From an uncultured Candidatus Rokubacteria bacterium (GTDB lineage Bacteria; Methylomirabilota; Methylomirabilia; Rokubacteriales; CSP1-6): 64,000 nt of DNA. Where the stretch lies: positions 672,001-736,000 of the forward strand of contig CAVYTA010000007.1 in NCBI GenBank assembly GCA_963771355.1, read 5' to 3'. The notes beneath the pieces were generated by a model. That model worked only from the letters and a program-made list of their open reading frames with translations. It was not told the DNA's origin and searched no databases. Of this stretch, positions 1 to 9,971 are shown piece by piece. Within the stretch, counting starts at the first letter, position 1. Each line of letters opens with the position of its first letter. The translations under genes and the position numbers were made by a program.

Positions 1-464
1 GCGTCATGCCCAATACGCCGGCCCTGGTGCTGGAGGGCGTCACCGCCATCGCGCGCGCGGAGGGGCTGGAGCCGGGCGACCTGGAGACGGCGCAGGAGCT
101 GTTCGGGGCGGTGGGCCGGGTGGTGCTCCTCGACGAGGACGCGCTCGACGCGGTGACCGGTCTCTCCGGCTCCGGGCCCGCCTACGTGGCCATCGTGATC
201 GAATCCCTCGCCGACGGCGGCGTGAAGATGGGCCTCGACCGTGCCACCGCGATGACCCTTGCCGCGCAGACCGTGCTCGGGTCGGCCAAGCTCATCCTGG
301 AGACGGGCGTCCATCCCGGCCAGCTCAAGGACATGGTCTCCTCGCCCGGCGGCACCACCATCGCCGGGATCGCGGCCCTCGAGGAGGGCGGCGTGCGGCG
401 CACCTTCATCATGGCGGTCGAGCGCGCGACCCTGCGTTCCCGCGAGCTGGGGAAACCACGCTGA
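1..464 (+). CDS. proC: Pyrroline-5-carboxylate reductase, C-terminal part (truncated by window edge)
   Basis: MPNTP, LSGSGPAY and VSSPGGTT motifs; followed by yggT-divIVA as usual. Confidence 0.95.
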   Translation, partial: VMPNTPALVLEGVTAIARAEGLEPGDLETAQELFGAVGRVVLLDEDALDAVTGLSGSGPAYVAIVIESLADGGVKMGLDRATAMTLAAQTVLGSAKLILETGVHPGQLKDMVSSPGGTTIAGIAALEEGGVRRTFIMAVERATLRSRELGKPR

Positions 465-465
465 C

Positions 466-732
466 ATGTTCCCCTACCAACTCGTCAACTTCATCGGCTG
501 GCTGCTGAACCTTTACTCCTGGGTGATCATCGCCGCCGCCCTCATCACGTGGGTGAGCCCGGATCCCCGCAACCCGATCGTGCAGTTCCTCCACCGCATC
601 ACCGAGCCCGTGCTCGCGCCGGTGCGCCGGCTGCTGCCGCCGTGGAAGACGGGCGGGCTCGACCTCTCGCCCCTCATCGTGCTCATCGCCATCCAGTTCG
701 TCGAGCGGGTGATCCTGCCGTCGCTGTACTGA
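466..732 (+). CDS. yggT: YggT/YlmG family membrane protein
   Basis: ATG at 466; TEPVLAPVRR and GLDLSP motifs; position after proC. Confidence 0.9.
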   Translation: MFPYQLVNFIGWLLNLYSWVIIAAALITWVSPDPRNPIVQFLHRITEPVLAPVRRLLPPWKTGGLDLSPLIVLIAIQFVERVILPSLY

Positions 733-742
733 GGAGGGAACC

Positions 743-1219
743 GTGCGCATCACACCCATGGACATTCGGCAGCAGCAGTTCACCGTGCGAGTGTTCCGCG
801 GCTTCGACGTCCAGGAAGTGGACACCTTCCTCGAGGACGTCGCCCAGGACTACGAGGCGCTGATCAAGGAGAACGCGCTCCTGAAGGAGCAGCTCCAGGT
901 GCTGGAGGACCGCACGCGCGGCCTCGAGGACCGGGAGAAGGTGCTCCAGCAGACGCTTGTCTCCAGCCAGCAGTTCGCCGAGGAGATCAAGGAAAGCGCG
1001 CGGCGCGAGGCGGCCCTGTTGCTGCGGGAGGCCGAGCTGGAGGGGGAGAAGCTCCTCGAATCCAACCGCACCGAGGAGGCCATGCTCCGCAACGAGATCC
1101 TCCAGCTCAAGCGGCAGCGGCGCCAGGTGGCGGAGGGGCTCCGCGCCACCCTCGACATGTACCAGCGCATGCTCGACCAGGACATCAGAGACGAGCCCGC
1201 CTCCGGCTCGGAGGGCTGA
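743..1219 (+). CDS. divIVA: DivIVA-domain protein
   Basis: MRITPMDIRQQQF..RGFDVQEVDTFL N-terminus followed by coiled coil; GGAGG RBS. Confidence 0.9.
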   Translation: MRITPMDIRQQQFTVRVFRGFDVQEVDTFLEDVAQDYEALIKENALLKEQLQVLEDRTRGLEDREKVLQQTLVSSQQFAEEIKESARREAALLLREAELEGEKLLESNRTEEAMLRNEILQLKRQRRQVAEGLRATLDMYQRMLDQDIRDEPASGSEG

Positions 1220-1227
1220 CGGGGCGG

Positions 1228-1524
1228 ATGATGGAGCTGCTCCGCGTCCGGGTGCAGCCGGGCGCCGCGCGCGACGAGGTGCTGGGTTGGCGGGAGGACG
1301 CACTCCGCGTCCGGGTCGCGGCGCCGCCCCACGATGGCCGCGCCAACCAGGCGGTGACGCGGCTCCTCGCCGCCGCGCTCGGGGTAGCGCCCTCGGCGGT
1401 GGAGCTGGTACGCGGCGCCGCCGCGCGCGACAAGCTCTTCCGCGTCCGGTCACTCGACGCTGCCGCGGTGCGCGCGCGGCTGGGCGCCGCCCCCCTGCCG
1501 GTGCCGGCGCGGCCCCGCCGGTGA
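1228..1524 (+). CDS. DUF167/YggU family protein
   Basis: VRVQPGA..LRVRVAAPPHDGRAN..RDK signature; usual synteny. Confidence 0.85.
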   Translation: MMELLRVRVQPGAARDEVLGWREDALRVRVAAPPHDGRANQAVTRLLAAALGVAPSAVELVRGAAARDKLFRVRSLDAAAVRARLGAAPLPVPARPRR

Positions 1525-2534
1525 TCTCGCCCCTTCGCTGGGCCGGCGACCGGCTGGTCCTCATGGACCAGACCCGGCTCCCCGTCGAGGAGGTGGAACG
1601 GAGCTGCGCCACCTGGCCCGAGGTGGCCGACGCCATCCGCACCCTCGTCGTTCGCGGCGCGCCCGCGATCGGGGTGGCGGCCGCCTTCGGGGTGGCGCTG
1701 GCCGCGCGGCGGAGCGGCGCGCGCGACTTCGAGGGGCTCCTCGCCGACCTCGAGGAGGCCATCAAGGGGCTGGGCGCCACGCGCCCCACCGCGGTCAATC
1801 TCTTCTGGGCGCTGGAGCGCATGCGGCGGCTCGTCCTCGCCGGCCGAGGGCGGCCCCTGGACGAGATCCGCGCGGGTCTCCTCACGGAGGCGCAGGCCAT
1901 CCTCGACGAGGATCTCGCCGCCAACCGGGCCATGGGCGCGCACGGCGCGGCGCTGGTCCCCGCCGGCGCGCGCATCCTCACCCACTGCAATGCGGGCGCG
2001 CTGGCCACCGCGGGCTATGGCACCGCGGTGGGGGTGATCCGCGCCGCGCATGCCCAGGGCAAGGTGGCGCTGGTGTGGGTGGACGAGACGCGCCCCGTGC
2101 TCCAGGGCTCACGCCTCACCGCCTGGGAGATGGTGAAGGAGGGCATCCCGCACCGCCTCATCTCGGACGTGGCCGCGGCCTCGGTGATGCAGCGCGGTGA
2201 GGTGGACCTGGTGGTCACCGGCGCCGACCGTATCGCCGCCAACGGCGACACCGCGAACAAGATCGGCACCTATGGCGTGGCGGTGCTGGCCCGCCACCAC
2301 GGCATCCCGTTCTACGTGGCGGCGCCGTTCTCCACCATTGACCCCGCCATCGCGTCCGGCGCCGCCATCGTGATCGAGGAGCGGGATCCCGCCGAGGTGC
2401 GGCAGCTCGGCGGACGCCAGATCGCGCCCTCCGAGTCCCCCGTCTACAACCCCGCCTTCGACGTGACGCCGGCCGAGCTGATCGGCGCCATCATCACCGA
2501 GCGCGGGGTCTACCGGCCGCCCTACGCCTTCTAG
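1521..2534 (+). CDS. mtnA: S-methyl-5-thioribose-1-phosphate isomerase
   Basis: VRGAPAIG, RPTAVNL, THCNAG, ETRP and NKIGTY motifs; GTG start overlapping the upstream stop. Confidence 0.93.
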   Translation: MISPLRWAGDRLVLMDQTRLPVEEVERSCATWPEVADAIRTLVVRGAPAIGVAAAFGVALAARRSGARDFEGLLADLEEAIKGLGATRPTAVNLFWALERMRRLVLAGRGRPLDEIRAGLLTEAQAILDEDLAANRAMGAHGAALVPAGARILTHCNAGALATAGYGTAVGVIRAAHAQGKVALVWVDETRPVLQGSRLTAWEMVKEGIPHRLISDVAAASVMQRGEVDLVVTGADRIAANGDTANKIGTYGVAVLARHHGIPFYVAAPFSTIDPAIASGAAIVIEERDPAEVRQLGGRQIAPSESPVYNPAFDVTPAELIGAIITERGVYRPPYAF

Positions 2535-2675
2535 CCGGCCGCCGATGAGGGCCCATCGGCTTCGTTGCCGCCCTCGACCGGGCGCTCAACGTACAGGGAG
2601 TACGCCTCGCGCCCGATCTTCGGGCGGCGCCTCGCCGCTGGACCCTCCTCGTCGCCCGGCGTGCTGGCTGCCGCG

Positions 2676-4232
2676 GTGAATCGAGCGATCGAGTCGGCGC
2701 GCGCCTATCACGACGGGACCGCGCACTCGCCTGCGTCCGTGAGCGCGAGCACCCACCGGCTCGAGTGGGACATCCAGCCCTCGCCGTTCAAGATCTATCC
2801 CGACCTGCCGCCCATCCCCCTGTCGCGCGACTTGCCCACGCTGGAGCTGGACGCGCTGGCGGCGCTGGCGGGCCCGGGGGAGGGGCACGCGCGGCTCGAC
2901 CTCGACGGGCTCGCCGCCCTCCTGTTCTTCTCCGCCGGCATCACCAAGACCCGGACCTATCCCGGCGGAGGCCGCCAGTTCTTCCGCGCCGCCCCCTCCA
3001 CGGGCGCGCTCTATCAGACCGAGGTCTATGTGGTCGCCGGCGACGTGGCGGGCCTGCCCGCCGGGATCTATCACTTCTCGCCGGGTGACTTCGCCCTTCG
3101 CCGGCTGCGCGAGGGCGACTTCCGGGCCGCGCTCGCGGTGGCGGCCGCGGATGACGGGATCGCCGGCCGCCAGGCCACCGTGGTCCTCACCGCCATCTAC
3201 TGGCGGAACACCTGGAAGTACCAGGCCCGCGGCTACCGCCACCTGTTCTGGGACTCGGGGAGCCTCCTGGCCAACCTCCTCGCCTGCGCCACCGCACTCG
3301 ACACGCCCGCGCGGCTCGTCACCGGCTTTGTCGAGCGCGACGTCAACGGCCTTCTGGGCATCGACGCCGAGAAGGAAGGCGCCCTCGTCCTGGCCCCCGT
3401 GGGCCTCGAGGGCCCGGCCGCCGGCATCGCCCCCTTGGTCGGCCTCCTCGACCACGCGGTGGTTCCACTCTCCTCCAGCGAGGTGGACTACCCCGTGCTG
3501 CGCGACGCGTACTACAACTCCAGCTTCGACTCCGAAGCCGAAGTCCTGGACTGGCGCGAATCACCAGCCGGCCAACCCCCAACCACTCCCGCGGCCGAGC
3601 TAACCCGTCGCCCCCTCCCGCCGCCGAAACTCGCGGCCGGGCGCTCGCTGGCGGCCACCATCATGCGCCGCGGGTCCACGCGCCAGTTCTCGGGCGAGCC
3701 GATCAGCGCGGTGGAGCTCGCCACCGCGCTCTTCCACGCCTCGCGCGGCTGGCCGGCCGACGTGCCCGCCGGCTTCGTGGAGCTTTTCGTCAATGTTCAT
3801 GCGGTCGAGGGGGTCGAGCCGGGGGCCTATCACTACGATCGGACGGGGCACGCGCTCGAGCTGATCCGCCGCGGGGACTTCCGGCGCGAGTCGGGCTTTC
3901 TCTCCCTCGGCCAGATGCTGGGTGGGGCCTCGAGCGCCACCGTGTTCTTCCTGGCGGACCTCGGCGAGATCCTCCCGCGCTGGGGCAATCGCGGGTACCG
4001 GGTCGCCAACCTGGAGGCCGGGTTCATCGGCGGCCGGCTCTATCTCGCGGCCTATGCCCAGGGCTTCGGCGCCACCGGCCTCACCTTCTATGACCGCGCG
4101 GTGGTGGAGTTCTTCTCCCCCGCCTCCGCGGGGCTCGACGCGCTCTTCGTCACCGCGCTGGGCCGCTCCGCGTCCAGCAAGGGCGCGGCCCCCGCCCCGG
4201 CAGGTTTGCTCCGCCCCCGCGTCATCTGCTAA
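2676..4232 (+). CDS. SagB/ThcOx-type tandem nitroreductase-domain dehydrogenase
   Basis: RAAPSTGALY and WKYQARGYR motifs, second domain RRGSTRQF; start codon approximate. Confidence 0.8.
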   Translation: MNRAIESARAYHDGTAHSPASVSASTHRLEWDIQPSPFKIYPDLPPIPLSRDLPTLELDALAALAGPGEGHARLDLDGLAALLFFSAGITKTRTYPGGGRQFFRAAPSTGALYQTEVYVVAGDVAGLPAGIYHFSPGDFALRRLREGDFRAALAVAAADDGIAGRQATVVLTAIYWRNTWKYQARGYRHLFWDSGSLLANLLACATALDTPARLVTGFVERDVNGLLGIDAEKEGALVLAPVGLEGPAAGIAPLVGLLDHAVVPLSSSEVDYPVLRDAYYNSSFDSEAEVLDWRESPAGQPPTTPAAELTRRPLPPPKLAAGRSLAATIMRRGSTRQFSGEPISAVELATALFHASRGWPADVPAGFVELFVNVHAVEGVEPGAYHYDRTGHALELIRRGDFRRESGFLSLGQMLGGASSATVFFLADLGEILPRWGNRGYRVANLEAGFIGGRLYLAAYAQGFGATGLTFYDRAVVEFFSPASAGLDALFVTALGRSASSKGAAPAPAGLLRPRVIC

Positions 4233-4273
4233 CGTGGGTAGGTCATGCCACCCTTCGGGATAGGGAGCCCTCG

Positions 4274-5417
4274 ATGAAGAAGTATCAGCTCATGGCGCCC
4301 GGGCCCTACTCCGGTGCCGCCGAACGTGCTGCTGGCCATGGCCCAGCCCATGATCCACCACCGCACGCCCGAGTACGACGCCCTCTTCGCCGCGGTGCGC
4401 GCCGGGCTCAAGCGGCTGTTCCAGACCAAGGAGGAGGTGCTGCCGTTCGCCTCCTCCGGCACCGGCTCCATGGAGGCCGCGGTGGCCAATACCCTGTCCG
4501 CAGGGGACACCGTGCTCCTCCTGCGGGCGGGCAAGTTCGCCGAGCGCTGGGAGGAGATCTGTCAGGCCTACGGCGTGACCGTGGTGCCGCTGTCCGCGCC
4601 CTTCGGCGACACCGTACCCGCTGCCGCGTTCGCCGAGGCGCTGCGCCGCCGCCCCGAGGTCAAGGCCGTGCTCATGCAGCACAGCGAGTCCTCCACCGGC
4701 GTGCTCCACGACGTCAAGGGCATCGCCGCCGTCACCCGCGACACGCCGGCCATCCTCATCGTGGATGCGGTATCGAGCCTCGGGATCGCGGACCTCCAGA
4801 CGGACGCCTGGGGTGTGGACGTGGTGGTGTCCGGCTCCCAGAAGGGGCTCATGCTGCCGCCCGGCGTGTCCTTCTGCGCGGTGTCCCAGAAGGGGTGGGG
4901 GCATGTCCGGACGTCCCGGCTCCCGAGGTACTACTTCGACTTCACCGCCGAGGCCAAGTCGGTGGCGAAGGGCGAGGCGCACTTCACGCCCGCCGTCTCC
5001 ATCATGCTCGGTCTCCGTGAAGTCCTGCGCATGCTCGAAGCCGAAGGGCTCGCCAACGTCTTCCGGCGGCACGACCGTCTCGCCCGCGCCACGCGCGCCG
5101 GCGTGGAGGCACTGGGGCTCGAGATCTTCGCCAAGGCCACGCCGAGCCCGGCGCTGACGCCGGTGGTGGCGCCGGCGGGCCTCGATAGCGAGAAGATCCT
5201 CGCGGCCTTTTCCTCCTCCCACAACATCACCATCGCGGGCGGGCAGGGGGAGATGAAGGGCAAGGTGTTCCGGCTCGGCCACATGGGCTATGTGGCGGAG
5301 TTCGACGTCATCACCGCGCTGGCCGCGCTGGAGCAAGTGCTCCAGGAGCTGGGGCACCCGGTGGACTTCGGCGCCTCCGTGCGCGCGGCCCAGAAGGTCT
5401 TCGCCGAGCGGGGCTAG
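4274..5417 (+). CDS. Class V PLP aminotransferase (alanine-glyoxylate/serine-pyruvate family), one-base frameshift near 4305
   Basis: MKKYQLMAPGP continues as TPVPPNVL in another frame; VDAVSS and SGSQKG (PLP Lys) motifs. Confidence 0.85.
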
Positions 5418-5423
5418 CCTCCG

Positions 5424-6044
5424 GTGCGTCTCTTCCTCCTCCGTCACGCGCAGACCGTCTGGAACCAGGAGCGCCGGTACCAGGGCTGGACGGACTCCGC
5501 CCTCACGGATCTCGGCCGGAGCCAGGCCGAGGCCGCCGCCAAGGCGCTCGGCGCCGAGCCGCTGGTGGCGGTCTACGCGAGCACGCTCATCCGCGCGCGC
5601 GACACCGCGGCGGCCATCGCCGCCCCGCATGGGCTTCCCGTGCACGAGGACGCGGACTTCCGCGAGATGGCCCTCGGCGCCTGGGAGGGCCTCACGCTGG
5701 ACGAGGCGCGGGCCAAGGATCCCGACGGCTATCGGATCTGGGCGGAGACGCCCGAGCTCTTCACCGCGCCGGGCGGCGAGACCCTCGCCGACGTGCGGAG
5801 CCGGGTGCTGGCGGCGCTGGGCCGGCTGCGCGCCGCGCACGAGGGCAAGAGCGTGTGCCTGGTGGCGCACGGCCTCTCCGCGCGCGTCATCATCCTGGAA
5901 GCGCTGGACATGCCGCTGTCGCGCGTGTGGTCCATTCACCTCGGCTCGACCGGCATCTCGGAGCTCGAGTTTCGCCCGGACTGGACGGCGTTGCACCGGA
6001 TGAACACCCTGGTGCATCTCGACGCCGTTCCCGCCGCCCGCTGA
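5424..6044 (+). CDS. Histidine phosphatase family protein
   Basis: LLRHAQT (RHG-like), PGGET and LVAHG motifs. Confidence 0.85.
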   Translation: MRLFLLRHAQTVWNQERRYQGWTDSALTDLGRSQAEAAAKALGAEPLVAVYASTLIRARDTAAAIAAPHGLPVHEDADFREMALGAWEGLTLDEARAKDPDGYRIWAETPELFTAPGGETLADVRSRVLAALGRLRAAHEGKSVCLVAHGLSARVIILEALDMPLSRVWSIHLGSTGISELEFRPDWTALHRMNTLVHLDAVPAAR

Positions 6045-6059
6045 GGGCCGGCCCGGACC

Positions 6060-7380
6060 ATGGAGCGCCGTCCGTCGACGTCTCAGCTGCCCAAGGGCGT
6101 GAAGATCTACCTGCCCGACGAGGCCGCCACCAAGCGCGTGGTGGAGGAGCGCCTGCTCGGCGTCTTCCGCCGCTGGGGCTATCGCGAGGTGGTGACGCCC
6201 ACCTACGAGTACTTCGACGTGCTGTCCAAGGGGACGGACCACGAGCTGCAGGAAGGCATGTTCAAGATGGTGGACCGGGAGAGCGGGCGCCTGCTCGCCC
6301 TCCGCGCGGACATCACCCCCCAGATCGCGCGCATCGTGGCCACGCGGATGCGGGACGAGCCCAAGCCCCTGCGGCTCGGCTACGTCACCAATGTCTTCCG
6401 CTTCGACGAGCCGCAGGTGGGCCGCTATCGCGAGTTCTACCAGGCGGGCGTGGAGCTGGTGGGGCTGCCCAACCCCGAGGGTGACGCGGAGATGATCGCC
6501 ATGTCGGTGGAAGGCCTGCGGGCCCTCGGCCTGTCGGAGTTCCAGATCGACGTGGGCCAGACCGGCTTCTTCCGCGGCATCCTCGAGGATCTCGGCGCGG
6601 ATGGGGAGACCGCGCGCGGGCTGCGCTCCGCGCTGGCGCGCAAGGACGTCTCCGCGCTGGAGCGCCGGGTGGCGGACCTGGGCGCCCCGGCCACGGTGAC
6701 GGAGCTGCTCCTCGCGCTCCCCACGCTGTACGGCCGCGGCGACGTGCTGGACCGCGCGGAGGCGCTGGTGAAGAACGCGCGCTCGGAGGCGGCGCTGGCC
6801 AACCTCGCCGAGGTGTACCGGCTCCTCCGCCTCTACGGCCTCGCCGACAGCGTGCTGCTCGACCTGGGCGAGGTGCGCGGGTTCGACTATTACTCGGGCG
6901 TGCACTTCGAGGCTTACGTGTCCGGGCTGGGCGCTCCCCTGGTGGGCGGCGGCCGCTACGATCAGATGCTCGCCCATTTCGGTTACGACTGCCCCGCCAC
7001 CGGCTTCGCGTTCGAGGTGGGCCGGGCGCTGCTCGCCCTGGAGTCGCAGGGGGCGGCTCCGGCGCTGGCGGGTCCGGACTTCTTCATCATCGACTTCACC
7101 CCCGACAAGACGCGAGCCCTCGCGCTCGCCCGGCGCTACCGCGACCTCGGCGCGGCGGTGGCCCGTGACATCATCATCCGCGGGCTCGAGGACTCCGTCG
7201 CCTACGCGCGCCAGCAGCGGGCCCGCTGGGTGCTGGCGATCGGCGGCCCGGAGCCGTCAGCCCGACGAGGTGCGGGTGCTGGATCTCCAGGGAGGCGCCG
7301 AGCGGATCATCGCGGTGGCCGAGCTCCTCGCCGATCCGGAGCGCCATTTCCCGGGACTCAGGAGCAGAGGTCATGCCTAA
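6060..7380 (+). CDS. hisZ: ATP phosphoribosyltransferase regulatory subunit; probable frameshift near 7250
   Basis: LRADITPQIAR, REFYQAGVE, YYSG and GGGRYD motifs; upstream of purA; plausible C-terminus DEVRVLDL..RGHA in another frame ending at 7380. Confidence 0.88.
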
Positions 7381-8704
7381 CATCGTGATCGTGGGCGCGC
7401 AGTGGGGCGACGAGGCCAAGGGCAAGCTGGTGGACGTCCTGGCCCCGCACGTGGACGCGGTGGTGCGCTATCAGGGCGGCAACAACGCCGGGCACACCGT
7501 CATCGTGGGGCGCGAGAAGTTCGTCTTCCAGTCGCTGCCCTCGGGCATCCTCCGCCCGGGCTGCCGGTCCGTGATCGGCTGCGGGGTGGTGGTGGATCCC
7601 GCGTCCATGATCGAGGAGATGGAGGCGCTGGTGCAGCGCGGGGTGGCCCTGGACGGGAACCTCTACATCTCCAAGAACGCGCACCTGATCATGCCGTATC
7701 ACCCCGCGCTGGACCGCGCGTCGGAGTCGAAGGCGGGCAAGCGGCGCATCGGCACCACCGGCAAGGGCGTGGGACCCGCCTACGCGGACAAGGCCGCCCG
7801 CATCGGCATCCGCATGGCCGACCTCCTCGATCCCCAGCTCTTCCGCGAGAAGCTCGAGTACAACGTCGCCCAGAAGAACCGCATCCTGCGCGAGATCTAC
7901 GACGCGGAGACCTTCTCGGTGGAGGGGATCCTCGGGCCGTACCTGCGCTTCGCGGGCTGGCTGGCGCCCTACATCACCGACACCGCGCTCTTGCTCTCGC
8001 AGTGGATCGACGCCGGGCGCTCCGTCCTCTTCGAGGGTGCGCAGGGCACCATGCTCGACCTCGACCACGGGACCTATCCCTTCATCACCTCGTCGAGCAC
8101 CACCGCGGGCGGCGCCTGCACCGGCAGCGGCATCCCCCCCACCAAGATCCACGGCTGCATGGGCATCTCCAAGGCCTATTGCACGCGCGTGGGCGGCGGG
8201 CCGTTTCCGACCGAGCTGCACGGCGAGACCGCGGATCTCCTCCGCTCGCGCGGCAACGAGTACGGCGCGGTCACCGGCCGCCCCCGCCGCTGCGGCTGGG
8301 CGGACGCGGTGGGACTCCGCTACGCCGTGCGCATCAACGGCATGGACACGCTGGCCGTCACCAAGCTCGATGTCCTCGATGCCTGCGAGACGGTGAAGAT
8401 CTGCACCGGCTACCGCTACCAGGGTGACATCCTCACCGAGTTCCCGGAGGAGGAGCGCATCTGGCACGAGGCGGAGCCCGTGTACGAGGAGCTGTCGGGA
8501 TGGCAGACCTCCACCCAGGGGCTTCGCGAGTATCACGAGCTGCCCACCAAGGCCCGCCAGTATCTCGAGCGGCTCTCCGAGCTGATCGGGGTGGCGTTCG
8601 GCGTGGTCTCCACCGGGCCCGAGCGCGACGAGACCATCCTGATGTCGGACTCGCCGCTCATGCGCTGGTACCCGGGGCTGCGAGGCTCGATCCCGCCCCG
8701 CTGA
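7373..8704 (+). CDS. purA: Adenylosuccinate synthetase
   Basis: GAQWGDEAKGK, GGNNAGHT, EGAQG and TGRPRRCGW motifs. Confidence 0.97.
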   Translation: MPNIVIVGAQWGDEAKGKLVDVLAPHVDAVVRYQGGNNAGHTVIVGREKFVFQSLPSGILRPGCRSVIGCGVVVDPASMIEEMEALVQRGVALDGNLYISKNAHLIMPYHPALDRASESKAGKRRIGTTGKGVGPAYADKAARIGIRMADLLDPQLFREKLEYNVAQKNRILREIYDAETFSVEGILGPYLRFAGWLAPYITDTALLLSQWIDAGRSVLFEGAQGTMLDLDHGTYPFITSSSTTAGGACTGSGIPPTKIHGCMGISKAYCTRVGGGPFPTELHGETADLLRSRGNEYGAVTGRPRRCGWADAVGLRYAVRINGMDTLAVTKLDVLDACETVKICTGYRYQGDILTEFPEEERIWHEAEPVYEELSGWQTSTQGLREYHELPTKARQYLERLSELIGVAFGVVSTGPERDETILMSDSPLMRWYPGLRGSIPPR

Positions 8705-8705
8705 C

Positions 8706-9971
8706 GTGGCCCGCCCCGCGGACGTGGCCCGCCGCGCGCAGGGGAGCGCGCGCGCGCCGAGTGCGGTGTGGGGCACCGCCGCCGGCCTGTGCGCCCTCCT
8801 GGTCGGGATCGGCCTTGCGCGCTTCGCCTACACTCCCCTCATTCCCGCGCTGATCGCCGCCGGGTGGTTCAGCCCCGCCCACGCCGCGTACCTCGGCGCG
8901 GCCAATCTGGCCGGCTATCTCGTGGGTGCCCTGGCCGCGCGGTGGCTGGCCGCGCGGGTGCCCGCCGCCCACGTGCTGCGCGGCATGATGCTGGTCGCCA
9001 CCGCGGCCTTCTTCGCCTGCGCGACGCCCCTGTCCTTTCTCTGGTTCTTTCTCTGGCGCTTCCTGGCCGGTCTGGCCGGCGGCTCGCTCATGGTGCTCGC
9101 GCCGCCCACCGTGCTGCCGCATGTGCCGGCCGCGCGGCGCGGCCTGGCCGGCGGGCTGATCTTCACCGGGGTCGGCCTCGGCATCGCCGCCTCGGGCACT
9201 CTGGTGCCGCTGCTCCTGCGCGGCGGACTGGTGGCCACCTGGTGCGGTCTGGGCGTCCTGGCTCTCGCGCTCACGGCGCTGTCGTGGCGCGGCTGGCCCG
9301 CGGGCTCACCGGTGGCGTCGGCGGCGCCGTCTCACGTGGACCCCGCGGGCGGGCGCGGCGGCATGGTCGGCCTGGCCCTGGCCGCGCTGTTCGTCGAGTA
9401 CGGCCTCAACGCGACGGGCCTGGTGCCGCACATGGTGTTCCTGGTGGATTTCGTCGCGCGCGACCTCGGCCGAGGTCTCGCCACGGGCGCCGCGTACTGG
9501 GTGGTGTTCGGCGTGGGGGCGCTGCTCGGACCCGTCGCCTCGGGCGCGGCAGGGGACCGCATCGGCTTCGGCCCCGCGCTCCGACTCTCGCTGCTCGTCC
9601 AGGCGGCGGCGGTCGCGGTGCTCGCGTTCACCGCCGCGCCCGCCGTGCTCGCCATCTCGAGCTTCGTCATCGGCGCCTTCGTGCCCGGCTGCTCCACCCT
9701 GGTGCTGGGCCGCGTGCGCGAGCTGCTGCCGGACGACCCCGCCGCCCAGACCGCGGCATGGAGCCGCGCCACCATGGCGTTCGCGCTGGGCCTGGCGGTC
9801 TCCGCCTACGGCTTCTCCTTCGTCTTCGAGCGCGCGGGCGGCTACGCGCTCCTCTTCGCGCTGGGGGGCGCCGTGCTCCTCGTCGCCTTCATCCTCGATC
9901 TCGCGGTAACCCTGCGGTCGCCCACACCGCCGCGGCCGGGAGCAGCGCCAGCAGCGCGAACGGCAGGCTGA
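8706..9971 (+). CDS. YbfB/YjiJ-type MFS transporter
   Basis: GIGLARFAYTPLIP..AANLAGYL N-terminus; about 12 hydrophobic segments. Confidence 0.8.
   Translation: MARPADVARRAQGSARAPSAVWGTAAGLCALLVGIGLARFAYTPLIPALIAAGWFSPAHAAYLGAANLAGYLVGALAARWLAARVPAAHVLRGMMLVATAAFFACATPLSFLWFFLWRFLAGLAGGSLMVLAPPTVLPHVPAARRGLAGGLIFTGVGLGIAASGTLVPLLLRGGLVATWCGLGVLALALTALSWRGWPAGSPVASAAPSHVDPAGGRGGMVGLALAALFVEYGLNATGLVPHMVFLVDFVARDLGRGLATGAAYWVVFGVGALLGPVASGAAGDRIGFGPALRLSLLVQAAAVAVLAFTAAPAVLAISSFVIGAFVPGCSTLVLGRVRELLPDDPAAQTAAWSRATMAFALGLAVSAYGFSFVFERAGGYALLFALGGAVLLVAFILDLAVTLRSPTPPRPGAAPAARTAG

Noticed and set aside
2676..4232. SagB/ThcOx gene as part of an azole RiPP cluster with the 59785 peptide
   Set aside because: No YcaO or precursor nearby, 55 kb from the peptide, and in a housekeeping context.
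9889..9971. Functional antisense overlap of convergent MFS genes
   Set aside because: An 83-bp tail overlap is common in high-GC genomes, and there is no further evidence.
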